A stretch of 64,000 nucleotides of DNA from an uncultured Pelagibacteraceae bacterium (GTDB lineage: Bacteria > Pseudomonadota > Alphaproteobacteria > Pelagibacterales > AG-422-B15). Where the stretch lies: contig CACCCN010000001.1 in the NCBI GenBank assembly GCA_902544525.1, forward strand, positions 41,289 through 105,288, given 5' to 3'. Shown here piece by piece: positions 9,480 through 19,274 of this stretch. The position numbers were made by a program, and so were the translations under genes. How positions within the stretch are numbered: position 1 is the first letter of the stretch; the number at the start of each line of letters is the position of its first letter. Below the pieces are notes generated by a model. It did no database searches, was not told the DNA's origin, and saw only the letters and a list, made by a program, of their open reading frames with translations.

Positions 9480-10348
9480 TATACTAGAGCTTTTAATTTA
9501 TTTTTATAATCTGAAGTTGGAAGTGAGTTTAATAAATCTCTAAAATTTTTCTTACTTATCCACTTGTTCTGATAAGCAGTTAATTCTATTGATCCAATCA
9601 ATGTTTTATTTTCTTTCTGGTATTTGGCTAAATAATTAGATGCTTCTAACATCTCATTTGCATCACCTGTATCAAACCACTTTACATCTTTTCTCAGCTT
9701 AAAAACTGATAGCAAACCCTTATCAAGATAAAATTTATGAACGTCAACTATTTCAAGCTCGCCTCGCGCTGATGGAGATAATTTTTTAACACAGCTAATC
9801 GCTGTTTTATCATAGAAATAAAAGCCTGGAATAGTATCATCACTTTTTGGTTTTTTTGGTTTTTCTTCTATTGATAGAATCTCTTTTCTTCTATTAGTTT
9901 CAATAACAGCAGATTTAGATGGATATTTAGTTTTTACCGACAAAATAGCAGCATCTTTATAAGTTAATTGGGCTTCTTTTAGTGTTTTTGAAAAACTTTT
10001 TCCAATAAAAATATTATCTGCTAATGCGAGAATAAAACTGTCTTTACGAATAAAACTCTTAGCAACATTTATTGCATCTGGTATTCCAATTGGTTTTTTT
10101 TGATGAGTAAATGAAAACTTCATTCCTAATTTTTTTCCATTGCCAAACAATTTTTTAAAATTTGAAATATCTTTCTTACGTGAAATAAATAATACTTCCT
10201 TTACCCCTGCCATCATTAGATTGGTCAATGCATAATAAAGCATTGGCTTATCATAGACTGGTAGCATTGGTTTACTGATAACTGAAGTTATAGGACTTAA
10301 TCTTGAGCCTTTGCCGGCCGCTAAAATAATACCTTTTTTAAATTTCAT
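9479..10348 (-). CDS. Sugar-1-phosphate nucleotidylyltransferase (RfbA/GalU-like NTP_transferase)
   Basis: N-terminal GIILAAGKGSRLSPIT nucleotide-binding motif; 289 aa. Confidence 0.75.
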   Translation of the reverse strand: MKFKKGIILAAGKGSRLSPITSVISKPMLPVYDKPMLYYALTNLMMAGVKEVLFISRKKDISNFKKLFGNGKKLGMKFSFTHQKKPIGIPDAINVAKSFIRKDSFILALADNIFIGKSFSKTLKEAQLTYKDAAILSVKTKYPSKSAVIETNRRKEILSIEEKPKKPKSDDTIPGFYFYDKTAISCVKKLSPSARGELEIVDVHKFYLDKGLLSVFKLRKDVKWFDTGDANEMLEASNYLAKYQKENKTLIGSIELTAYQNKWISKKNFRDLLNSLPTSDYKNKLKALV

Positions 10349-10367
10349 GAGTTATATTTGATAACTG

Positions 10368-11210
10368 TTATTTTTTCTTAAGATACTTTCTATCTTTTAA
10401 ATCCTTATAGACGGGTTTAGTTTTTTGCATTTTTGACATAGCTGAAATAGTTACATCCTCTGGGTGAAGCATCCCAGCATTCCAGAGAGATACAAAATTT
10501 AAGCCATCTTGAATAGAATGGTCACGGGAGTAATTAATTGCTTCCTTAGTTCCCCACATAGCCAATGGTGATTTTGAGGCAAGATTTTTTGCAATTTCCA
10601 TAGCTTTTTTTACTGCACTCTCATGGTCAGCTTCAACGTAATTAATAAGTCCAACTTCATGAGCCCTCTCTACTAAAACTTTACTGCCTGTCATGGCCCA
10701 TTCCCGTGCTATACCAGCTGGAATTATGGTAGGTAATCTTTGCAAGGTTCCTATATCGGCAACAATTCCTATATTAATTTCTTCAACAATAAAAAATGCA
10801 TCTTGAGATGCTACCCTAATATCTGCTGCAGTAATAAGATCAATTCCACCTCCTACACAGCCTCCTTGAATTGCAGTAATAACTGGAAAACGTACTTCTT
10901 CTATGCAGCTTGCCCATTTTTGCATTTCTAAGACTTGTTCTCTAAAATGTCCTCTAACTCTTCCAGTTTCATCATTTGCTTCAGCTCCTAATCCTATGTC
11001 TTGCATCATTGCTAAATCTAAGCCTGCACAAAATGTTGGTCCATGAGCGGAAATAACTAAAGCTCTAATGTCACCTCTATCATTAAGCTTGTTGACCTCA
11101 TCAGGAAAGGCTGTCCAAAATTCAAGCGTTATTGCATTTCTTTTCTCAGGGTTACTGAAAACGATGTGAGCAATACTATCTTCAATTGTTACTTCAAATG
11201 GTTTTGACAT
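10368..11210 (-). CDS. Enoyl-CoA hydratase/isomerase (crotonase) family, dienoyl-CoA isomerase-like
   Basis: Crotonase fold motifs FCAGLDL and GGCVGGGIDLITAADIRVAS. Confidence 0.8.
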   Translation of the reverse strand: MSKPFEVTIEDSIAHIVFSNPEKRNAITLEFWTAFPDEVNKLNDRGDIRALVISAHGPTFCAGLDLAMMQDIGLGAEANDETGRVRGHFREQVLEMQKWASCIEEVRFPVITAIQGGCVGGGIDLITAADIRVASQDAFFIVEEINIGIVADIGTLQRLPTIIPAGIAREWAMTGSKVLVERAHEVGLINYVEADHESAVKKAMEIAKNLASKSPLAMWGTKEAINYSRDHSIQDGLNFVSLWNAGMLHPEDVTISAMSKMQKTKPVYKDLKDRKYLKKK

Positions 11211-11290
11211 AGTTATATTTTTTATTAAAAAGTGCTTACAAATTCAATCATTTAAACATAAAATAATAATTAAATTATAGATAGAAAAAA

Positions 11291-12139
11291 ATGGCCATAA
11301 ACTACGAAGAAATTATGTCTCTTGAGGAAAAAAATCTCGAGTTATCTTATTCACAAAGAGACTCTATTATTTATAGTCTTGGAATAGGACTTGGCAAAGA
11401 TCCAATGGATACCACAGAATTGAAATATGTTTATGAAAATGGTCTAATTGCCTTTCCAAGTATGGCGACTAATTTTCAGTATAAGTCACCTTTACTACTA
11501 AAAGCTAAATTAAATATGGTAATGGTTGTTCATGGTGAGCAAGGTATAACTCTTCATCAACCTATGCCATCAAGTGCTGATGTAAATTTAGATACAAGAG
11601 TTATTAATTGCTATGACCGAGGTGAATCAAAAGGAGCAATCATTGAGACTGAAACAAATGTAAAATTAAAGAAAGATGACTCTCCATTATGCACATTAAT
11701 AAGTAAAACTTTTGCTAGAGGTGATGGAGGTTTTGGTGGCAAGGACGTTCCTGCTTCAACGCCAGTAGAATTGTCTGGTAAACCAGATCTAACTCATGAA
11801 ATTTCAACATCTGAGGATCAAGCATTAATATTTAGATTATCAGGGGACTCCAACCCTTTGCATTCTGATCCAAGCTTTGCAAAAATGGCCGGGTACCCAA
11901 AACCAATACTTCACGGCTTGTGTAGTTATGGAATTGCTTGTCGCTCATTAGTTGAAACTCTGTGCGAAAAAGATAGCAAAAGACTAAAAAGATTTGACGT
12001 CAGATTCTCTTCTCCTGTATTTCCAGGTGAAACAATTATTACCGAAATGTGGAAGCAAGATGGCTTAGTACATTTTCAATCAAAAGTTAAAGAGCGTGAT
12101 AAAATTGTTCTTAAAAATGGAGTCTGTGAGATATCATGA
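11291..12139 (+). CDS. MaoC-like (R)-specific enoyl-CoA hydratase, double hotdog
   Basis: 282 aa. The C-terminal half carries LSGDSNPLHSDPSFAKMAGYPKPILHG, the MaoC dehydratase motif. Confidence 0.8.
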   Translation: MAINYEEIMSLEEKNLELSYSQRDSIIYSLGIGLGKDPMDTTELKYVYENGLIAFPSMATNFQYKSPLLLKAKLNMVMVVHGEQGITLHQPMPSSADVNLDTRVINCYDRGESKGAIIETETNVKLKKDDSPLCTLISKTFARGDGGFGGKDVPASTPVELSGKPDLTHEISTSEDQALIFRLSGDSNPLHSDPSFAKMAGYPKPILHGLCSYGIACRSLVETLCEKDSKRLKRFDVRFSSPVFPGETIITEMWKQDGLVHFQSKVKERDKIVLKNGVCEIS

Positions 12140-13317
12140 TACCGCCAGCAGGAATTACTCCAGGTAAGAAAAATTTATTTTATAACGACTCACATCATGC
12201 TTGGAGAAAGGAATTAAAAAAGTTTGTAGCAAAAGAAATTGCTCCATTCGTTGAAACTTGGGAAGAAGCTGGTGAATTTCCAAGAGAACTATACAAAAAA
12301 GCTGGAGATTTTGGTCTATTGGGTATGGGATACCCTGAAAAATATGGAGGTACGTTTGAAGGTATAGATATTTTTCATGGAATTGTTACATCTGAAGAGC
12401 TTGCTCAAGGTAGCGGTGGAATTGCTGCCAGTCTATTATCTCTAAATATTTCATTACCTCTAATTCTTGCGCTTGGTACCGAAGAACAAAAAGAAAAATA
12501 TATTACTCCAGTTATTGCTGGAGATAAAATTGCATGTCTTGGTGTAACAGAACCATCAGGTGGCTCTGATGTTGCTGGAATAAAAACTAAGGCTGTAAGA
12601 GATGGCAGCGATTATATCTTAAATGGATCAAAAATGTTCATCACATCTGGGATGAGAGCTGATTATTACGTAATTGCATGCAGAACTGGTGGACCAGGGA
12701 CATCTGGTATATCTGCTATTCTTGTTGAAAAAGGTACGCCTGGTTTTACTCAAACACCGTTAAAAAAAATGGGATGGTTAGCTTCAGATACAGCTGTATT
12801 GTACTTTGACGATTGTCGAGTACCTGCTGAAAACTTAATTGGTGGTGAAAATAGTGGCTGGGCAGGTATCATGTCAAATTTCAGTCAAGAAAGACTTGGA
12901 TTAGCAGCCGGTATGAATGCGTATTCACAGATATGTATTGATGAGTCTCTAGCTTGGGCTAGAGAAAGAATGACATTTGGAAAACCACTTATACAAAATC
13001 AAGTAATCAGGCATAAGCTATCAGAGATGTCTCGAATGGTTAATGCAACAAAAGCCTATATGGAATTATTGACTTGGAAAGTTATGAATGGGGAACAGCC
13101 TACTGCTGACCTTTCTCTACTAAAGGTGCAAGCGAGCAAGACCATGGAATTTTGCGCCAGAGAGGCAATGCAGATTCTTGGTGGTGCAGGCTATCTTAGA
13201 GCAAACAGTGGTCCAGGAAAAGTTGAGAGAATTTATCGTGAAGTTAGAGTCAATGCCATTGGTGGAGGATCTGAAGAAATAATGTTGGATTTAGCTGCAA
13301 GGCAATTAAAGTTTTAG
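12136..13317 (+). CDS. Acyl-CoA dehydrogenase
   Basis: 393 aa. ACAD motifs CLGVTEPSGGSDVAG and QILGGAGY, with catalytic-base context GGGSEEI. ATGA overlap with the upstream MaoC gene. Confidence 0.9.
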   Translation: MIPPAGITPGKKNLFYNDSHHAWRKELKKFVAKEIAPFVETWEEAGEFPRELYKKAGDFGLLGMGYPEKYGGTFEGIDIFHGIVTSEELAQGSGGIAASLLSLNISLPLILALGTEEQKEKYITPVIAGDKIACLGVTEPSGGSDVAGIKTKAVRDGSDYILNGSKMFITSGMRADYYVIACRTGGPGTSGISAILVEKGTPGFTQTPLKKMGWLASDTAVLYFDDCRVPAENLIGGENSGWAGIMSNFSQERLGLAAGMNAYSQICIDESLAWARERMTFGKPLIQNQVIRHKLSEMSRMVNATKAYMELLTWKVMNGEQPTADLSLLKVQASKTMEFCAREAMQILGGAGYLRANSGPGKVERIYREVRVNAIGGGSEEIMLDLAARQLKF

Positions 13318-13318
13318 G

Positions 13319-15088
13319 CTAAAATTCTGCAACTTCCATTTCCATCAAAGTTGATTTTCCTGATTGAACTTTACCAGAGTACATCTTTATTTCAGGCATA
13401 AACTTTTCAATAAAATAAGTGCCTGTTTTAATTTTAGTTTTATGTTGAGGTTCATTTTTTCCATCAGAAAATTTAGCTGTTCTTGCCCACATATAAGTTA
13501 AAGATGTTAACGCAACTAAATTTAAGTAATCCGATGCTGAAGAAAGTGCGTTTTCAGGATCCTGCATTCCATTTTGCATTAACCACATGGTAGAAGCCAT
13601 AACCTCTTTAACCGCATCCTCTAAGGCTTTTATAAAACTTGAAATATTTTCATTATCTTTATTTTCAGCAATAAATTGCTGAACTTCCTTTTGAAAATTT
13701 TGCAAAAGTCTTCCTTTATGCATAGTTAGCTTTCTACCAACTAGATCTAGTGCTTGAATACCATTTGTGCCTTCATAAATTAGAGCAATCCTTGCATCAC
13801 GCATATATTGCTCGAGTGGGTATTCTTTTGTAAAACCACTCCCACCTAAAACTTGAAGAGAGTCAGAGCAGTTTAAAAAACCTTTTTCACTACAATATGA
13901 TTTAATTATTGGAGTCATAATAGCAGCAAAATCATCCGCTGACTCTCTCACCGACTCATCCTCGTGATGCTCGGCTAAATCAATTTTCATCGCAGTATAT
14001 ATACAAAGCGATCTCATTGCCTCTGTAGTTGCTTTTACATTCATAAGCATTCGTCTTACATCTGGGTGAACAATGATAGTATCAGCTTTTTCTTCAGTTT
14101 CCTGTTTTTCCTTAACAACTGAACGCATTTGTCTTCTATTTTTTGCAAAGTCTAATGCATTTTGATATGCGATTTCAGACATTGCAACACCTTGAAGTCC
14201 TACTTTTAACCTTGCATCGTTCATCATCAAGAACATAGCCTCCATACCCTTATTAGGTTCACCAATCAGCCAACCTTTTGCATCATCCAAGTTCATTACA
14301 CAGGTTGGAGAAGAATTAATACCTAGCTTGTGTTCTAGACCACCACAAAATATTGGGTTTCTGGAGTTATCATCAAGCCTCTTTGGAACTAAAAATAGAC
14401 TAATGCCTTTAATACCCTCTGGTGCATCCGGTAAACGAGCAAGGACTAGGTGTATAATATTTTCAGTTAGATCATGCTCACCAAACGAAATCCAGATCTT
14501 TTGCCCGTTCAATTTAAAATAGTCCTCTTCAGGTGTTGCTGTAGTTCTGATGAGCCCGAGATCAGTTCCACATTGTGACTCTGTTAAACACATTGTACCC
14601 ATCCATTCACCAGCTATCATTTTTGGAAGATATTTATCTTTAAGTTCTTTACTTGCCTTTTTTAGAATGGCCTTTATCGCACCCTGACTAAGACCAGGAC
14701 CCATATAAAATGCCATGTTAGAAGCAATTCCAACTTCTCCATTCAACATTGCCATAGCAAATGGTGCGCCACCCCCACCATACTCAGTTGGATTACAAGC
14801 ACCAATATATCCTGAATCAACAACACTTTTATAAAGAGGTTTAAAATAATCAGGAGTTTTTACTTCTGGGCCTTCTTCACCATCTTTTATATAAACAAGT
14901 CCTTCGCGGTCAGCTTTCTTATTGCTTTCAACCATTTCTTGCTCATTAAATTTTGCAACTTGCTCAACAACACTGATTACTGTTTCCGTGTCATAATCTT
15001 TAAACAGATCTATTGAGTTTGCAAACGAGTTGTACTCGAGCATTTCGAGATTATATTTAAAATCGTCTATAGGACTTTTGTAAACCAT
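13319..15088 (-). CDS. Long acyl-CoA dehydrogenase with extra C-terminal domain
   Basis: 589 aa. Motifs CLTESQCGTDLG and QVLGGSGFTKEYPLEQYMRDARI, plus a C-terminal extension of about 150 aa. Confidence 0.85.
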   Translation of the reverse strand: MVYKSPIDDFKYNLEMLEYNSFANSIDLFKDYDTETVISVVEQVAKFNEQEMVESNKKADREGLVYIKDGEEGPEVKTPDYFKPLYKSVVDSGYIGACNPTEYGGGGAPFAMAMLNGEVGIASNMAFYMGPGLSQGAIKAILKKASKELKDKYLPKMIAGEWMGTMCLTESQCGTDLGLIRTTATPEEDYFKLNGQKIWISFGEHDLTENIIHLVLARLPDAPEGIKGISLFLVPKRLDDNSRNPIFCGGLEHKLGINSSPTCVMNLDDAKGWLIGEPNKGMEAMFLMMNDARLKVGLQGVAMSEIAYQNALDFAKNRRQMRSVVKEKQETEEKADTIIVHPDVRRMLMNVKATTEAMRSLCIYTAMKIDLAEHHEDESVRESADDFAAIMTPIIKSYCSEKGFLNCSDSLQVLGGSGFTKEYPLEQYMRDARIALIYEGTNGIQALDLVGRKLTMHKGRLLQNFQKEVQQFIAENKDNENISSFIKALEDAVKEVMASTMWLMQNGMQDPENALSSASDYLNLVALTSLTYMWARTAKFSDGKNEPQHKTKIKTGTYFIEKFMPEIKMYSGKVQSGKSTLMEMEVAEF

Positions 15089-15163
15089 GAATTATTCTTA
15101 TTTTGATAGTAAATTATTATCAACATATATAATATATTTAAAGTTAAAATAAATGCATAAATT

Positions 15164-16087
15164 ATGAATATTTATCTGCCCATTGCAGAGCTCTCAGTTA
15201 ATATTTTACTAATATTATCACTTGGTGGAGCTGTGGGTTTTCTCTCTGGTATGTTGGGGCTTGGAGGAGGTTTCTTAATGACACCACTCTTAATGTTTAT
15301 AGGCATACCTCCAAATGTAGCAGTTGCCACCTCAGCTAATCAAATAGTTGCCGCATCAGTATCTGGCGCCCTATCTCATTGGCGGCAAGGGCTAGTAGAT
15401 ATAAAAATGGGAATGTATTTGTTACTTGGGGGATTGTTTGGCTCGATTACTGGCATATGGATATTTCAGTTGCTTACCAGCGCAGGTCAAATTGAAACAT
15501 TCTTAGCTATTGTTTACTTTATTCTTTTGTTTTCAATTGGGACATTAATGTTAATTGAGAGTTCGCAGGTTATAAGAGATCGTATAAGAAAAAAAACAGT
15601 TAAAAGAAAAATGCATTACCATAACTGGGCACATAGACTTCCTTTCAAAGTAAGATTTTATTCATCTAATTTATATATAAGTGTAATACCACCTATTATC
15701 ATTGGTTACTTTATTGGAATACTGTCTGCTACTATGGGTATTGGTGGTTCATTCATATTAATACCTGCCATGATCTATTTTCTTGGAATGCCAACTTCCA
15801 AGGTTATTGGCACCTCTTTATTTCAAATTATATTTATAACTGCATTAGTAACACTGCTTCATGCTACTTCAACATTTGCAGTTGATGCTATGCTTGCTTT
15901 TATTTTGATTTTATCTTCGGTTGTTGGTGCTCAATTAGGAGTTATATTCACAAATAAATTTAGAGGAGAAGAATTGAGGGCTTTATTGGCAATTGTTGTA
16001 TTGGCAGTAGCCATAAAAATTGGAACTGATTTATTAATACAACCTGCAGATGTGTTTTCAATCTCAGTACTGAAAGAACTCTATTAA
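15164..16087 (+). CDS. TauE/SafE (TSUP, DUF81) family membrane transporter
   Basis: 307 aa polytopic protein with duplicated GxGGG-containing halves (GLGGGFLMTPLL; GIGGSFILIPAM). Confidence 0.8.
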   Translation: MNIYLPIAELSVNILLILSLGGAVGFLSGMLGLGGGFLMTPLLMFIGIPPNVAVATSANQIVAASVSGALSHWRQGLVDIKMGMYLLLGGLFGSITGIWIFQLLTSAGQIETFLAIVYFILLFSIGTLMLIESSQVIRDRIRKKTVKRKMHYHNWAHRLPFKVRFYSSNLYISVIPPIIIGYFIGILSATMGIGGSFILIPAMIYFLGMPTSKVIGTSLFQIIFITALVTLLHATSTFAVDAMLAFILILSSVVGAQLGVIFTNKFRGEELRALLAIVVLAVAIKIGTDLLIQPADVFSISVLKELY

Positions 16088-16088
16088 A

Positions 16089-16856
16089 ATGAAACATGTA
16101 ATATATATTTTTTTGTCTCTTATCTTTTATAACGGGCATGCCGGCGCATTAGTAATTGGATCCGATATAAGCGAAATTACAATTGGAGCAAACTTCTCAG
16201 GTCAAGATTTGTTAGTTTTCGGTGCCTTCTACTCTGATCCATCTTTACCAAGGGATGCTAAAGGTGATGTAATAATTGAGGTAAAAGGGCCACCTCAAAC
16301 GGTACAAGTCAGAAAAAAGAAGTCATTTTATGGTTTTTGGCTTAACAGCACTGAAGTCACATTTAGAGAAGTGCCTGGGTTTTATTATTTAACTAGTACG
16401 ACAGAAATTAACGACGAACTCTTAAATAAAAATAGTATTTCTCTTCTTACGCCGCAAGATACCCAACAAATTGAATGGGGTAAAATAAGAATGCCTAGAG
16501 ATCGGCATGATTTTTTAAATGCTATGAAAAGAAACAAAAATAATCTTGATTTGTTTGCTGTTAGTAATGATTTAGATGAAATTGAAATTCTTGATGGTAA
16601 TTTATTTAAAACTAATATACCTATTCCTAATACCGTCCCAATTGGTAATTATACTGTTTCAGTTTATTTACTAATTAATTCAGAATTAAAACAGGATTAC
16701 AGTTATAATTTTAAGGTTAAAAGAGTTGGAATAGAATCTATGATACATAGCTTGGCCTTAAATTTTCCAGTCATATATGGTTTTCTTGCAGTTGTTATAG
16801 CTGGTCTTATGGGATGGATAAGTGCAGAAATGTTTAGAAGGCTTAGAAAGACTTAA
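16089..16856 (+). CDS. TIGR02186 / Alph_Pro_TM family protein (function unknown)
   Basis: 255 aa with an N-terminal signal and one C-terminal TM helix. It sits immediately downstream of a TauE gene, the arrangement I recall for this Alphaproteobacteria-restricted family. Confidence 0.5.
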   Translation: MKHVIYIFLSLIFYNGHAGALVIGSDISEITIGANFSGQDLLVFGAFYSDPSLPRDAKGDVIIEVKGPPQTVQVRKKKSFYGFWLNSTEVTFREVPGFYYLTSTTEINDELLNKNSISLLTPQDTQQIEWGKIRMPRDRHDFLNAMKRNKNNLDLFAVSNDLDEIEILDGNLFKTNIPIPNTVPIGNYTVSVYLLINSELKQDYSYNFKVKRVGIESMIHSLALNFPVIYGFLAVVIAGLMGWISAEMFRRLRKT

Positions 16857-16859
16857 GTT

Positions 16860-17588
16860 TTGGAGGAAATATCATTCTTTTTTGTTTTTTTGGCGGGCTT
16901 ACTTAGCTTTCTGTCGCCATGCGTCTTACCAATTGTTCCAGGTTATTTATGTTTCCTGGCAGGGACTTCGCTAGATAAAATTACTGATGAAGAAACAAAA
17001 AAAACTATAAGTGTTTTTAAATACGCGGTTGCATTTGTTCTTGGCTTCTCAACAATATTTACATTATTAGGTGCTACAGCAAGCTCTATTAGCAACCTTT
17101 TATACGAATACCTAGATTACTTTAGAATAGCTGCAGGAATAATAATAATTTTATTTGGCATACATTTTACGCACTTAATTCAATTAAGCTTTCTAAATAG
17201 AGACACAAGATTTCAAATAAATAATTTCAAGCCAGGTTTAATTGGATCTTATATCGTAGGTATCTCATTTGCTTTTGGATGGACTCCCTGTATTGGACCA
17301 ATATTAGGCAGCGTCCTATCTGTTGCCGCTAGTTCAGATAGTATCTATTTTGGTGTTTGGCTATTGTTGACTTATTCTGCTGGATTAGGAATCCCTTTTT
17401 TGCTTGCCGCTGCAGGTATTGGATATTTTTTAAAATTTCTTGTTAGTATAAGAAGCTATATTAGACCTATAGAAATATTTACTGGACTATTGCTAATTTT
17501 ATTTGGTGTGCTTATTCTAACTAACCGAATGCAAGAAATTGCATTCTTTTTTATTGAGTATTTTCCAATTTTAAACTCATTGGGCTAA
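16860..17588 (+). CDS. ccdA: Cytochrome c biogenesis thiol-disulfide transporter CcdA (DsbD-family)
   Basis: SPCVLPIVPGYL and WTPCIGPILG motifs carry the two conserved Cys. Six TM helices. TTG start. Confidence 0.85.
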   Translation: MEEISFFFVFLAGLLSFLSPCVLPIVPGYLCFLAGTSLDKITDEETKKTISVFKYAVAFVLGFSTIFTLLGATASSISNLLYEYLDYFRIAAGIIIILFGIHFTHLIQLSFLNRDTRFQINNFKPGLIGSYIVGISFAFGWTPCIGPILGSVLSVAASSDSIYFGVWLLLTYSAGLGIPFLLAAAGIGYFLKFLVSIRSYIRPIEIFTGLLLILFGVLILTNRMQEIAFFFIEYFPILNSLG

Positions 17589-17598
17589 GGAGAGAAAT

Positions 17599-18474
17599 AT
17601 GTTTCAGAAAGATTTATTAAAAGAAAAAAGAATTTTAGTCACTGGTGGAGGATCCGGGCTTGGTCAAGCTATGGCTACTCGCTACCTTGAGCTAGGAGCA
17701 GAAATTTATATTTGTGGTAGGAGAAAATCTGTGCTCGAAGAGTCGGCCAAGAAAATGATGGATGAACATGGTGGTTCAGTCAAAAGTCTTTCTTGTGATA
17801 TAAAAGTACCTGAAGCTATCGAAGATATGGTTGATGAAATTTGGAGCGAAGGACCTCTTACAGGATTACTTAATAATGCTGCTGGTAACTTTATTTCTAG
17901 AACAGAAGACCTCTCACCAAGAGCTTTCACTGCTATTTCAAATATAGTTTTTAACGGTACTTTTTACATGACCAATGCAATTGGTAAAAGATGGCTTAAA
18001 GAAAATTTAAAAGGAAGTATTATTTCTATTTTAACCACTTGGGTAGATAGCAGTGGACCTTATACTGTGCCATCGGCAATGTCCAAATCAGGTCTTGCAA
18101 CTATGACTAGATCATTGGCTGCTGAATGGGGTAATAGAGGAATAAGATTGAATGGAATTGCGCCAGGCCCTTTTCCTACGAAAGGTGCTTGGGATAGATT
18201 AGCCCCTGGAGGTAAAGGCGCTAATATGATGGAGGCTATTCCAATGAAAAGAACAGGTGAACTGAGTGAGCTTGCCAACTTAGCTACTTTTCTCATGGCA
18301 GATGGGTGTGAATATCTTACTGGAGAAATTATTGCAATTGATGGGGCTCAATGGCTAAATCATGCTGGTAATTTCTATGAAATGTTAAAGGATGTTACTG
18401 ATGATGAATGGGAAACACTTAGGAATATGATTAAATCTTCAAACGATTCTGATAAAGCTAAAAGGTCTGTTTAA
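17599..18474 (+). CDS. SDR oxidoreductase, 2,4-dienoyl-CoA reductase-like
   Basis: TGGGSGLG cofactor motif and NNAAGNF. Overall resemblance to DECR-type SDRs. AGGAG ribosome-binding site upstream. Confidence 0.65.
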   Translation: MFQKDLLKEKRILVTGGGSGLGQAMATRYLELGAEIYICGRRKSVLEESAKKMMDEHGGSVKSLSCDIKVPEAIEDMVDEIWSEGPLTGLLNNAAGNFISRTEDLSPRAFTAISNIVFNGTFYMTNAIGKRWLKENLKGSIISILTTWVDSSGPYTVPSAMSKSGLATMTRSLAAEWGNRGIRLNGIAPGPFPTKGAWDRLAPGGKGANMMEAIPMKRTGELSELANLATFLMADGCEYLTGEIIAIDGAQWLNHAGNFYEMLKDVTDDEWETLRNMIKSSNDSDKAKRSV

Positions 18475-19274
18475 GAAAAGTAGTCTGAGTACATTTTGCG
18501 AGACATCCTCCTAACGATTGCTGGAAAGTAACGCATTAGAAAAACAACTAGGTTGCCAGTAAATCCAATAACATTATGTACTCCTCGCTTTTGATAAATT
18601 TTAAAAACTCTTTGAGCTACTTTTTCTACTGGGTGAATACCCGATCTAGAATTTATAACTTCACGATTTAACACTCCATCCATCATTGGTGTTGCCTGTT
18701 CTGCATCCAAAATAGGGGTTTCTGTAAACCATGGATTTAATTCACTAACCTTAATTTTATGCTTAGTAAATTCTATATTTAACGCCTCTGTTAAACCTCT
18801 TACTGCAAATTTAGTTGCTGAATAAACTGCCGCCCCAGGAACTGGCACAAAGCTACCAACAGATCCAGTATTAATAATCATGCTGTTATTTGTTTTTTTA
18901 AGCAATGGTAAGATCTTGAAAATACCATTTATGACACCATTTAAATTAATTTCTACTATCTTATGAGCTTCTTCAATTGGTATATCTTCTATTCTTCCAG
19001 TAAAAGCAGCTATACCAGCATTATTAAAAAAAAGATCACATGTTCCGTTAGTATAGTCACTATATGCATTTATCGCGTCCGTCCACTCTTCTAAATTTGT
19101 TACATCTAATTTTTTGTACATACAGGAATTATGTCCTATTTCATTAGCAACATCGACTAAACCCTTTTCATTGATATCGAATAAACCAACGTTCCAACCT
19201 TTTTTGGCAAAAAAAATAGCAGTAGCCTTTCCAATTCCAGATGCTGCTCCAGTGATAAATATATTTTTATTCAT
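18471..19274 (-). CDS. SDR family oxidoreductase
   Basis: TGAASGIGKA Rossmann motif, NNAG, and the YSATK catalytic motif. Confidence 0.8.
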   Translation of the reverse strand: MNKNIFITGAASGIGKATAIFFAKKGWNVGLFDINEKGLVDVANEIGHNSCMYKKLDVTNLEEWTDAINAYSDYTNGTCDLFFNNAGIAAFTGRIEDIPIEEAHKIVEINLNGVINGIFKILPLLKKTNNSMIINTGSVGSFVPVPGAAVYSATKFAVRGLTEALNIEFTKHKIKVSELNPWFTETPILDAEQATPMMDGVLNREVINSRSGIHPVEKVAQRVFKIYQKRGVHNVIGFTGNLVVFLMRYFPAIVRRMSRKMYSDYFS

